A stretch of DNA of 44,169 nucleotides. Source: a virus. Lineage: Duplodnaviria > Caudoviricetes. Location: positions 1 to 44,169 of the IMG/VR virus record IMGVR_UViG_3300042140_000185; one strand, written 5' to 3'. The position numbers were made by a program, and so were the translations under genes. The first letter of the stretch is position 1; every line of letters starts with the position of its first letter. This document shows positions 16,565 to 25,853 of this stretch, piece after piece. The notes beneath the pieces are model-generated. The model made no database searches. It was not told where the DNA came from and saw nothing but the letters and a program-made list of their open reading frames with translations.

Positions 16565-19500
16565 CTATGTCAAAGCCGCAGCCGGAACGGAATAGCTGCC
16601 GGTGCCGTAGAGCGCCGTCGAACTGATCCGAATATCATCCATGTAGCCGACAAATTTCCCGCCAATGCCTGATCCAGACCACTGGTCGGCAAGCGCCTGT
16701 GCGCGGCCAAACTCAATCGCGCCATATTCATACGCGGCCCATGTGCCGCTCGGGATCGCCAGAGTCCCGGCCTCACTGCCGTCAATTTTCAATCGCAATA
16801 CGCCGTTCGCCGGATCGCACACAACGGCGAGGTGATGCCACGCATTCCGCGAGAGGCTTGGCACGGTGAGCCGCGCTGAAACGCCGTTTGTGAACAGTTC
16901 CATCGTTACGCCGCCGCCGGGAATGGCAACGTGCTGATACACCACGCCGTTCTCGTCGTAGGCGTATTGCGGCGTTGAAATCGTGTTGTCGTACACCACC
17001 AACAGGCTGCCGCCGCTACCGCCTTGGATGCTGTTGGCGTTGAGCTGTACTGCAAAATAGGTTTCGCCGTCGTCTGGCGTCCATTCGCCGTAAGCCGTGC
17101 CGGTTGAATACGCTGGCGAGGCCGTCGGACGCAACCACATTTCGACTGTGAACGGCCCGCCGTTAAACACGGCGGCCATGTCGGAAAAATAGGAAGCGTA
17201 TCCGCCGCCCCACTCCGGCCATAGCGTCATGCCCATATACGGCGGGCCATTTCCTGTAAGCCCGAATTGGTACGACGCCTCGCCGAATTTCTTCTCTGCG
17301 CCGCTGATCTTCGGGATATCGCCGGGGAAAAGGTAGGTGTAACTAAGTTTGAGGAAATGCCGGCGGCAGCCCCAATCCTCCAATCCGTGAGCGGCGCGGA
17401 GAAGCAATTCCGTTGTCGGGTTGGTCGGCCGCGTGTACGCGAACGCCGCCGTCGGCACTGTGATCGTTGAGCCGGAGTAAATCGCGCCGGCCGACACGCG
17501 AAAATTGCTGACGAAACTGGACGCCGCCGTATACCACGGTCCTAGACCAAATTCGTCGATTGGCCCAGACGGTGACGCCACGCCCGTGCAGGCGAGAGCG
17601 CCGTTGATGTAGAGGCGGCATTGGTCGTTCGCGTAGTCAACAACGAGCGCGAGGTGATTCCATGCGTTTTCGGTGAGCATGGTCGTGGTGTATGCACGCT
17701 CTGATCCGAAGTTGGCGTATACGTCTGCGTAGACCGCCGTGTAGTTCACAGGCACAGCCCCGTAGGGATTGTTCTCGTCGCTGGCGACAGCCGCGACGGT
17801 GAAGCCGCCGACGGTGAAATACCGCTCGGTGCTGCCTAAATACTGACCGTAGGTCGTCAGGCTGCCAACGCCCGGCTTGTAGAACATCTCAACGGTGAAG
17901 GACGTTGCGTTTACCTGATTGCGGAAATGCCACTGGCCCACCAGCGGTGGCTGCACCGGCTGATAGACCGGATCGTAGTAGTAGCCGTTCGTCCGAATCG
18001 TCGCCGTGAGGAACGGGCCCGAGCCGTATGGTTCTGGGCCAACCTGTAGGCAGTTGCCGCCAAACGGGCCTCCGCCAACGGTGGACGGAATTGCGTAGAA
18101 TCCGCTGATGTCGCCGACACTACCAGAATCGTAGTTACCCTGCGACCCCAACCAGTAGTTATTTGGGCCGTCGTCTACAAACGTGTCACCGTCGAACCGC
18201 GCGAGGAGGATCGGCGGCGTCTCCTCCTCCTCCACGGTGAGCGTGGCGGAATCGCTGGTCACGGGCGTTGCGCCGCCGGTCGCGGACACGATGACGCGAA
18301 CCACCAAACCATCGGCCGACGCCGTAAGCCCGGTGAGCGCAAGGCTCGCGCTCGTCGCGCCTGCAATATCGGAGAACGCCCCCGAAAAAGTCTGCTCCTG
18401 CCACTGATAGGAGAGCGTTGCCCCTTCTGTGACGGTGGCCGTGACGCTAAACGTCGCCGCCCCGCCGACGGCTAGTTGGTTCGTCGGCTGTTGCGTGATC
18501 GTGATGACGGGCGTGGCCGGAGCCTCGACCGTGAGCGTGGCGGCGTTGCTCGTCACAGAGTTTGCGCCGCCAGTTGCCGACACGACGACGCGGTAAACGT
18601 CGCCGTCGTCGGCGGCGTTCGTGAGCGATGAGAGGGCCAGAGATGCGCTAGTTGCGCCGCTGACGTTCGCGAAGTTGCCGGCGCCGCCTTCCTGTTTCTG
18701 CCACTGGTAGGAGAGCGTTGCCCCTTGCGTCACAGTAGCAGCGACCGAAAACGTCGCAGCACCAGACGACGCCGTTTGATTGGTCGGCTGCGAGGTGATC
18801 GTAATGACGGGCGCAGCGTTGACCGTCAGCGTGACCGGATCGCTGGTTACGGGCGTAGCGCCGTTGTCGGACGACACGATGACGCGGTACACGTCTCCGT
18901 TGTCGTCTGCCTCGGTTAGCCCTGTCAGTACGAGACGGCTCCGCAGTCCAACGGGAGCGTTTTCGGTCGTCGCTCCGCTGATATTTACGAACGCGCCTAC
19001 GCCGCCCTCCTGTTTCTGCCACTGGAATGACACGGTTCCAGACAGCGATACAGCGGCATAGACGGAGAAAGTGGCGCTGCCATTTATTGCAGATTGGTTT
19101 GTGGGCCACTCAAGAACCTGAATCCACGGGACGGTAAGCGTAGACAGCATCGAATACGCATTGTCCGCGCCTCCGGTTGCTGACACGATGCAGCGGTATG
19201 CGTCTCCGTTGTTTTCTTCGTATGTAAGCCCAGTGAGCAAGAGGCTCGCGCTCGTGGCCCCCGGAATTGGAACAAAATTCAGCGATGGGCTTCCGTCCTC
19301 AACGTGTTTCTCCCACTGATATGACAGAGTTGCGCCGTCTGTGACCGCAGCGACGACAGAAAACGTCGCGTTTCCGTTTTGGGAAATTTGGCTTGTAGAG
19401 TCCTGCACGATCGTGATGACTGAGACGCGAGAGCCGTAGAACGGCCACGACCAATCTCCGACGCCGGATGGATTCGCCGCACGCACGCGAATCGTGATGG

Positions 19501-19828
19501 GGACGTTCAGCCCTATCCCATACGGCGGCTCTGTCGCAGTTAGGTAATGCGGAGACTCGTTGCTGCCGACGATCATCGCCGTTCCGTTTTGCAGCGTATA
19601 TTCCACAACGTAGCCAACTATGGTTCCGTTTGGCTCCTCTGGTGGAAGCCACTGTATTCTCAGTGCCGATGTGCCGTCGTTTGGCTGGCCTGGGGCAACA
19701 ACGCTTGACGCCCACACCGCCAGCGGCGCGGATGGACGCGGCGGCCAAACGATGACCGTGCCCAGGTACGCGCGCACGGCGGCGGCGGCACCAACGCGAA
19801 GCGCGGAGACAGCGGGCACAAACTTCAT
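16565..19828 (-). CDS. Large adhesin/tail appendage: FN3, four Ig-like and two LamG/ConA-like domains
   Basis: WLPPEEPNGTIVGYVVEY; four LSYQW...Y/VRVIVS repeats about 300 nt apart; FTVEM...WNHLALV and WHHLAVV...DDIRIS. Confidence 0.85.
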   Translation of the reverse strand: MKFVPAVSALRVGAAAAVRAYLGTVIVWPPRPSAPLAVWASSVVAPGQPNDGTSALRIQWLPPEEPNGTIVGYVVEYTLQNGTAMIVGSNESPHYLTATEPPYGIGLNVPITIRVRAANPSGVGDWSWPFYGSRVSVITIVQDSTSQISQNGNATFSVVAAVTDGATLSYQWEKHVEDGSPSLNFVPIPGATSASLLLTGLTYEENNGDAYRCIVSATGGADNAYSMLSTLTVPWIQVLEWPTNQSAINGSATFSVYAAVSLSGTVSFQWQKQEGGVGAFVNISGATTENAPVGLRSRLVLTGLTEADDNGDVYRVIVSSDNGATPVTSDPVTLTVNAAPVITITSQPTNQTASSGAATFSVAATVTQGATLSYQWQKQEGGAGNFANVSGATSASLALSSLTNAADDGDVYRVVVSATGGANSVTSNAATLTVEAPATPVITITQQPTNQLAVGGAATFSVTATVTEGATLSYQWQEQTFSGAFSDIAGATSASLALTGLTASADGLVVRVIVSATGGATPVTSDSATLTVEEEETPPILLARFDGDTFVDDGPNNYWLGSQGNYDSGSVGDISGFYAIPSTVGGGPFGGNCLQVGPEPYGSGPFLTATIRTNGYYYDPVYQPVQPPLVGQWHFRNQVNATSFTVEMFYKPGVGSLTTYGQYLGSTERYFTVGGFTVAAVASDENNPYGAVPVNYTAVYADVYANFGSERAYTTTMLTENAWNHLALVVDYANDQCRLYINGALACTGVASPSGPIDEFGLGPWYTAASSFVSNFRVSAGAIYSGSTITVPTAAFAYTRPTNPTTELLLRAAHGLEDWGCRRHFLKLSYTYLFPGDIPKISGAEKKFGEASYQFGLTGNGPPYMGMTLWPEWGGGYASYFSDMAAVFNGGPFTVEMWLRPTASPAYSTGTAYGEWTPDDGETYFAVQLNANSIQGGSGGSLLVVYDNTISTPQYAYDENGVVYQHVAIPGGGVTMELFTNGVSARLTVPSLSRNAWHHLAVVCDPANGVLRLKIDGSEAGTLAIPSGTWAAYEYGAIEFGRAQALADQWSGSGIGGKFVGYMDDIRISSTALYGTGSYSVPAAALT

Positions 19829-20601
19829 TCGACTATCACATAGAGCGTGGTAGCGTCGGGCGAGGATATGGCGTCATACTGCGCCTGAGTGAGCCGCCGA
19901 ATGGCCGACACGCTGCCGGCGTTGGCGACCGCGTTGGAAACGTCACCGACGGCGAGCGTCACCGTGCCGGTGCGCCCCGCAACCGACTGCACCGGGGCGG
20001 CCGATGCGGCGGCGGTCGAGAAGTCCGATATCGTCGCGGCCGTTTGCGTCCCGGTGTGGTTTGCCCTGGCGAGAAGATGCGCGTCGGTCTGATTCGCCGT
20101 TGCGCCGGTCGCAATCCCGTCGAGTTTTGTTTTTGCCGCCGATGCCGCCCACCATGCGGCAATGGCTTGGAACACGCGCAACGGCGTGAATGCCACCCGC
20201 GTTGTCGATGTGCCCGCCTCCGCGTCGGCTTGGCTCACCGTGGACGCGGCCCACTCGCGGGAATCCGATAGCCGCGCGTCGGACGTTGCAACGGCGTTCG
20301 TGATATCGGCAACGGCGAGCGTCACCGCGCCCGTGCGCCCGGCAACCGATTGAATTGGGGCGGCGGCTGAAGCACGGGCATTTGTGAAGTAGAGGTTGGT
20401 TGTGCCCTCAGTCAGCGCGTCCGTGGAGCTCGGCGCAGACCCGCCACTGCCAAGCGTGATCGACTGAATCGTGTTCGACGGCGTGCGGACAAAGAGCTTG
20501 CCGTCCGCGTAGTTGATCGCCACCTCGTTGGCCTCAAGTTCCGCGAGCGACGGCGATACGCCAGGCGTATAGGAACGCCGCAGCTTTATTTTGTTAGCCA
20601 T
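19825..20601 (-). CDS. Tail fibre protein, module A (Mtd-N-like start)
   Basis: IKLRRSYTPG...EVAINYADGKLF; two QSVAGRTG.VTL repeats; ends LTQAQYDAI...TLYVI. Confidence 0.78.
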   Translation of the reverse strand: MANKIKLRRSYTPGVSPSLAELEANEVAINYADGKLFVRTPSNTIQSITLGSGGSAPSSTDALTEGTTNLYFTNARASAAAPIQSVAGRTGAVTLAVADITNAVATSDARLSDSREWAASTVSQADAEAGTSTTRVAFTPLRVFQAIAAWWAASAAKTKLDGIATGATANQTDAHLLARANHTGTQTAATISDFSTAAASAAPVQSVAGRTGTVTLAVGDVSNAVANAGSVSAIRRLTQAQYDAISSPDATTLYVIVE

Positions 20602-20608
20602 TTGTCAC

Positions 20609-21211
20609 CTATGGTGTCGCCCCGGTATAGTCGCCGCCGTCTATTTCGTCGTTCTCGCCAAGCCCGCCGCCGCCCCCAGACGCCACCGTCAGCGTCCCAA
20701 CGCCGGTCGTCACCGTCACGTTCGCGCCGGCCACGAGCGACAGCGTTCCTGTCTGGCCGTTCAGCGACGTAACGTATGGGTGGGCGTGCGACGATTCGGC
20801 GGCCGTCAGGTCGGCGGCGACGAGGCTAACCGAGCCCGTCTTCCCGTTGACACTGACGACGTTCGCGACGCTTGTGAGGTTCGTGATTTCGGCGGCAACG
20901 TGCGAGTGGACGGCCGACGCGGCAGACACGTCCACTGATGTCAGGGCAATCGTCCCCGTCTTCCCGTTGACGCTCTGCACTGGCACGTCGCGGCCGATGA
21001 CCGTATAGGTGCCTTGCGCCGTCGAAATGGTGATGTTCGCGCCGGCCTGAAGCTGGAACTCCGGCGAGCCCGCCGAGAACGCCGTGCCGACGCTCACGTT
21101 CACGGCGTTGTTTGCCGTCGTGTCTCCGACGCTCACGTTGACGGAGTCGCCGCTCACGGCCGTCACGCTCGCGCCGGTGACAGTGCCGACGGTGACGTTG
21201 ATGACGCTCAT
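20609..21211 (-). CDS. Tail fibre repeat protein, module A
   Basis: Three SVNGKTG/SLNGQTG repeats; EIDGGDY near C-terminus. Confidence 0.72.
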   Translation of the reverse strand: MSVINVTVGTVTGASVTAVSGDSVNVSVGDTTANNAVNVSVGTAFSAGSPEFQLQAGANITISTAQGTYTVIGRDVPVQSVNGKTGTIALTSVDVSAASAVHSHVAAEITNLTSVANVVSVNGKTGSVSLVAADLTAAESSHAHPYVTSLNGQTGTLSLVAGANVTVTTGVGTLTVASGGGGGLGENDEIDGGDYTGATP

Positions 21212-21576
21212 GGCGAGACTACGGTGACGGTGCCAGAGAGGACGGTGCGGGTGACGAGCGATGGCGTCACCCAGCGGAAATACCAGCGGTACGCGATGCT
21301 TGGCAGCAGGGCCGCCGTCTGGGCCTCGGTGAGCCCGATGTTGACCCGCCCCGTGGCCGCGTCCACGACCGCGAGCGACCAGTTCGTGGCCGTCGCCCCC
21401 GGCGTGTTCACGGCCTCCGAGCCGCCTGGCACCGAGGCGATCTGCGAGACGACGTAGATCGGCCGCGTGAACGTGTACCCCGTCAGGTCGATGTCGAAGT
21501 CCAGCGGGATTTCGACCTCGTCCCCCTGGACGAAGACGACGTTCAGTTCGGCCGGGAGTTGGGAGAACGTGGGCAT
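21208..21576 (-). CDS. BppU-N-like adaptor protein, module A
   Basis: Paralogue of 13554..13871. Confidence 0.65.
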   Translation of the reverse strand: MPTFSQLPAELNVVFVQGDEVEIPLDFDIDLTGYTFTRPIYVVSQIASVPGGSEAVNTPGATATNWSLAVVDAATGRVNIGLTEAQTAALLPSIAYRWYFRWVTPSLVTRTVLSGTVTVVSP

Positions 21577-21577
21577 A

Positions 21578-22033
21578 CTATTGTATTGTAGCCTTTTGGG
21601 CGTTGCGGATTGCCCGTTTCACGAGCATCCGGCCAGCCAGATCGACGAACGGAAGTTTGCGTTTCGTGGCCTCCTCGCGGAGCCAGCCGACGATCTCGTC
21701 GAGGTGCTCCTCGCACCACGCGGGGCCGCGTTCGTCCATGATTCTGGCGCGTGTGTTGCACGAGCAGTTGGGCTTGGCGACGATGCCGATCTTGGCGAGA
21801 AGTTTCTTCAGTTCCGTTCCAGGCCCTTTCGCCGGCGGCTTGGGTGGCTGCGGTGTGTCGTCTTCTGCGGCTGGCTTCGGTAGAGCCGTCATCGGGTAGG
21901 CGGGGTGCTCTGTGTCGATCGACAGAATGTCGCCGTTGGTGGCGACGACGCTCTGCATCGCGACTTCGAGCGGCACGTTCCGCTGCGAGCATCGTTGTGC
22001 CAAGTGCTTTTTGTGGCAGACCACGATAGCCAT
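21578..22033 (-). CDS. Hypothetical protein with CSC motif
   Basis: GPGTELKKLL...CSCNTRA..MD..G..WC; directly follows the Cys-rich gene. Confidence 0.7.
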   Translation of the reverse strand: MAIVVCHKKHLAQRCSQRNVPLEVAMQSVVATNGDILSIDTEHPAYPMTALPKPAAEDDTPQPPKPPAKGPGTELKKLLAKIGIVAKPNCSCNTRARIMDERGPAWCEEHLDEIVGWLREEATKRKLPFVDLAGRMLVKRAIRNAQKATIQ

Positions 22034-22044
22034 CTACGCCTCGC

Positions 22045-25000
22045 TCACGGGAGTGGTGAAACTTCAAGCCTGACTGTGTACGGCGGGTCGCTGGCGGCCA
22101 TCTGGCAGATGTCGTTCGCCGTCACTGTGACGCCGTAGTCCCCGGCGTTCTGGCCGTAGTACGGCAGGCACCCGGCCGTCGTTGCGTCGCCGGGGAGGAA
22201 ATTCCCGTAGGGAGGGCAGCCGCTCGCAGCGTAGGCGAGCAGGCCGGGGTTGTAGGTGAACGGCGGGCCGAACTGCGTCCTGCCGATCGGAAGGCACAAG
22301 TCAACGAACGGGTTCCCGCCGTATGAAAAGTATTGCCCGAGGTTTCCTCCAGTGATGTATGCGTTGGACAAGATGTTTCGCCGTTGCCACCGAAACTCAA
22401 AGGCCAAGTCAACGCCGCCGCCCTCGAATGTCCTTAAGTGACCAAACAGCGTGAATAGATCGACCTCCGTGGCGCTCGCGCGCATGGCGACCCAAGCGTC
22501 GCTTGGTGTGTCGAATAGGCCGAGCCAACCCTGGTAGTTTCTCACGCAGGAGAAGGCACAGTTGTTTGTGAAGAACGAGTTGAGTGGCAGCGTTAGGTTG
22601 TGGAACCAACTCTCTCCGCAGGTCGCCGTCATGTGGACGTAGTACGCCTCGTGCTGGAGGCTCTCCGCGTAGGTCGGCAGTTGCCCCTGGCAGCACTGCC
22701 CGCTCCCAGTCCACACGCCTCCGAGTACGTCCTCGCACTCGCCCTTCAGCAAGCCAGGAATAGTTTCTCCATCGAGGCAGCAGTTTCCGAGACAGGGGTT
22801 CGGTGGCCCGCACGTCGTGCCGTCGCCGAGGTACTCGCCGCCAAAAAGTTCGCACTCGGACTGCGGGATATTCTGCGTGCAGCCCTCGGGGAAACAGCAG
22901 GCACCGCCCACAGGTGGCGGCGGCGGGCAGGTGACCTCGAAGCAGAACGTGTTGTCGCCCTGGTACGTCCCCCCGGCGTCGTCGCACTCGGACTCGGTCT
23001 TTTCCAGGCACGTTCCATCGGGAAGGCAGCACGCTCCGCGAGGCTCGATGCAGTCCTCTGGGCCGCACTCCGAGCACGGGCCGAGCCACTTTCCGCCGAT
23101 GATGTCTAGGCACTGTGACTTCGTGACGTTCGGCACGCACTCGCCGTCGTCGCAGCACGCGCCGCGCGGGTCTGGGTCGCTGGTTTCGTGGCACGGCCCC
23201 TTCTCGCAGCGGATTGTGAACGTGACCTCGCTGTCTGGGCATGGGGCGAATACTCGCACGAAAATCTTCGTCGGCCCGCGAGGCTTCCTGACGATGACGT
23301 ACCCCTTCGGCGGCCCCTTGAGCGAGCCAGGGTTCCTGTCGTCAGGGCAATCGCATTCCTTGTAGCCGCGCCAGTAGGAGTCGGTCGTCGCCACGCCGAT
23401 CGGCTGGCACGTCGTGGGGTGCTGTGTGATGTACTGCCCCTGCACTCGCACGGACTGGCCGCCGAGCGACACATACGAGATGCAGACCCATCGCGGTGCC
23501 GCGTCGATGTCGAACTCGAAGATGGCGGGCGTGCCGCCGTCTGTCGTCAGGACAATGCCGGTCGCCGTCTCCAGCGTGCAGGCGTCGGCAGCAGGGTCTT
23601 CGCAGTCACCGAGGCACTGCTCCAGAGATGCGTACTGGCCCGTGGCGCTGGGGGCACACACCGGCCCCTTGCAGGTCTGCTGGCACTCGTGCTTTTGGCA
23701 TGACGACACGCACTCGGTCGCCGTGGCGTGCGGGCCACCGACCACCTCGTCTTCTGGCAGGAGCAGCGACCCGGCCTTGCAGATCACAGTTGCGGCCTCG
23801 CCCTCGCCCTCTAGGACACAGTAGTAGCCCTCCGGGGGCGGCGGGTCGCAGTTCTCATTGCACTCCTCGCGCGTCGCGTATGGCCCGTCGGCACTCCGGT
23901 AGCAGCCGCCGTTCGGGGCACAGTCGTACCGCGAGTCGCAATCCTCCTCGCACTCCTCGCGAGTCGCGTAGGGGGCTTCTGGGTCAATGGTCTGGATGCA
24001 CTCGCCGACATCGTCGCATACGAACCGGCCGAGGCACGCCTGCTCGCACGCCTCAAGCGTCGGGTATGTCGGGTTCTCGCCGCCCGCTGGCGTGCAGACG
24101 CCATCGACGCACTCGTACCCAGGCGGCGGGCAGCCCTCGCGGCACTCGGCCAGCGACTCATACGCCCCTTCGGGAAGTTCGACGGTCGGCGTGCCGCTTG
24201 CGGCGGTCGAGCACACTCGCCACTTCCGCTTCACGCAGTCGCGCGACGGCGGCTCAAGATTGACAATGCCCCCCGTGTCTCCTGGCGGCTCCGAGTCGTC
24301 TGTCTTGACGCAGCAATAGAACCGGACCACCTTGCACTCGCCGGTGTCGTTGCACCCCTCGACGCACTGCTCAAGCGGCACCGCTTCTTCTGGCTTCGCG
24401 TCCACCGGGACACAAGTCGTGTTGCCCTCGACTGGCGTACACGGGTCCACGCCCTCCTCAAGGTCTGGCGGTTCGTCGGCGCTCTTGCAGGTGGTCCCTT
24501 CCTGGCACTCAAACGTCGTACAAAGCCCCCCAGAGCACGCCTCGACGTGGCTGTCGTCCGTGAATGCAAACGTGATCTTCGAGTACATCCCGAAGTGCCA
24601 CAGGCTGTCCACTGTCGATGCCTTGATTCTGATATTGAGGCACCCCGGCTCAATCTCGAACGACTCGCTTTTTGAGACGAAGTTCATCGAGCAGTCGCCG
24701 CCTCCGGTGATGCCCATCGACGACCCGATCGTGACGCTGCCAACGTCCCCGACGGTCACGGTTGTCTCGTCGAAGCCAGGGTTCACGACCTCGACGCGAC
24801 CCTCCAGCGTCACAGTCAGCGTGGTTGGCTCAAGGACGTTCCACTTGGTTGAGAGTGCGACCGTTTGAGTCTGGTCGCACGGCGTCGTGCCCCCGCAGCC
24901 GCCGGTGTCCTCTTGGACAGATTCGCAGTTGAGTTCCCCGCAGTTTCCGCTGTCCTGGAAGCAAAGTAGGACGCCCTTGCCGGCATCGGAGATCGTCACC

Positions 25001-25125
25001 TCTGGGCCGGGGCAGCCGGCCATCGCTGTGATACGCCAGCAGCACGAGCATTGGCAGCACTCGCACTTGTCGATCGGCTTGCCTTCGCTGAAGACAAGGC
25101 TGCCGTCCTGAAAGATAAATCCCAT
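22045..25125 (-). CDS. Cysteine-rich repeat protein, putative tail tip
   Basis: 1026 aa; six Y/HxS/TxxxCxxxC repeats and four G[A/N]CC repeats. Confidence 0.8.
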   Translation of the reverse strand: MGFIFQDGSLVFSEGKPIDKCECCQCSCCWRITAMAGCPGPEVTISDAGKGVLLCFQDSGNCGELNCESVQEDTGGCGGTTPCDQTQTVALSTKWNVLEPTTLTVTLEGRVEVVNPGFDETTVTVGDVGSVTIGSSMGITGGGDCSMNFVSKSESFEIEPGCLNIRIKASTVDSLWHFGMYSKITFAFTDDSHVEACSGGLCTTFECQEGTTCKSADEPPDLEEGVDPCTPVEGNTTCVPVDAKPEEAVPLEQCVEGCNDTGECKVVRFYCCVKTDDSEPPGDTGGIVNLEPPSRDCVKRKWRVCSTAASGTPTVELPEGAYESLAECREGCPPPGYECVDGVCTPAGGENPTYPTLEACEQACLGRFVCDDVGECIQTIDPEAPYATREECEEDCDSRYDCAPNGGCYRSADGPYATREECNENCDPPPPEGYYCVLEGEGEAATVICKAGSLLLPEDEVVGGPHATATECVSSCQKHECQQTCKGPVCAPSATGQYASLEQCLGDCEDPAADACTLETATGIVLTTDGGTPAIFEFDIDAAPRWVCISYVSLGGQSVRVQGQYITQHPTTCQPIGVATTDSYWRGYKECDCPDDRNPGSLKGPPKGYVIVRKPRGPTKIFVRVFAPCPDSEVTFTIRCEKGPCHETSDPDPRGACCDDGECVPNVTKSQCLDIIGGKWLGPCSECGPEDCIEPRGACCLPDGTCLEKTESECDDAGGTYQGDNTFCFEVTCPPPPPVGGACCFPEGCTQNIPQSECELFGGEYLGDGTTCGPPNPCLGNCCLDGETIPGLLKGECEDVLGGVWTGSGQCCQGQLPTYAESLQHEAYYVHMTATCGESWFHNLTLPLNSFFTNNCAFSCVRNYQGWLGLFDTPSDAWVAMRASATEVDLFTLFGHLRTFEGGGVDLAFEFRWQRRNILSNAYITGGNLGQYFSYGGNPFVDLCLPIGRTQFGPPFTYNPGLLAYAASGCPPYGNFLPGDATTAGCLPYYGQNAGDYGVTVTANDICQMAASDPPYTVRLEVSPLP

Positions 25126-25140
25126 TGCTGTTTCGTGTGA

Positions 25141-25851
25141 TTACGGCGACGCGGTCGCCGTTGACGTGGTTGTTTCGCACTCCAGGGCCTCGACCCACTT
25201 AATCGAGCCATCCTGGATCGTGAGCACCTGAGTTCCGCTGGCTGAGTAGCCAGGCTGCTGCGTGAGGTTCGGCTGCACGAGATACCACGACGGCCCGACT
25301 CTCGCCACGGACGCCTCGCACTCGCCGGCCGGCTTCAGGCCGCACACCATATTGACAGCGCTCATAGTGCTGCCCACCCCGGATGCGCCTTGGATGGTCA
25401 CTGCCTTCTGGCTCCCGATCGGCCACTCGCCCGTGAACGTGCAGACGCGGAACGTCTTCTGGTGCGGCCCCTCGATGACCGTCTCGGCCCCGCCACGAGA
25501 CTTCCCGACGACGCACCACGTCATCGTCGGCGTCGGGCCTGGGTCGTCGTGCTGGAGGTAGAAGTCGCAGCACAGGTTCAGTGCCGTCGCCGTCGCCTCG
25601 ACCCCGTTGCTCATCACCGCGCCGAAGGACGTGCCGGAGTGCGTGTAGTAGGTGATCTCAGTCGTCGTGCCCTTGAGCCAGTCGGCGCGGTTGTAGGCAG
25701 CCAGGCGAACGGGGTTCGGGGACTGCTGCTGAATCGACTCGAATCGAGTCGGGATGAGCGTCATCCCGCCTTTGGACGGAATGCCCTCGACGACAGCGAG
25801 AGCGCTATCGACACGTTGCTTGTACTGCTCGCCGAGGACGTAGGCTGGCAT
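25141..25851 (-). CDS. Putative tail protein
   Basis: MPAYVLGEQ start directly after the upstream stop; two similar beta-rich halves. Confidence 0.65.
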   Translation of the reverse strand: MPAYVLGEQYKQRVDSALAVVEGIPSKGGMTLIPTRFESIQQQSPNPVRLAAYNRADWLKGTTTEITYYTHSGTSFGAVMSNGVEATATALNLCCDFYLQHDDPGPTPTMTWCVVGKSRGGAETVIEGPHQKTFRVCTFTGEWPIGSQKAVTIQGASGVGSTMSAVNMVCGLKPAGECEASVARVGPSWYLVQPNLTQQPGYSASGTQVLTIQDGSIKWVEALECETTTSTATASP

Positions 25852-25853
25852 GG

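Noticed and set aside
12565-20601. Diversity-generating retroelement suggested by Mtd-N-like domains
   Set aside because: No reverse transcriptase and no TR/VR pair differing at adenines was seen
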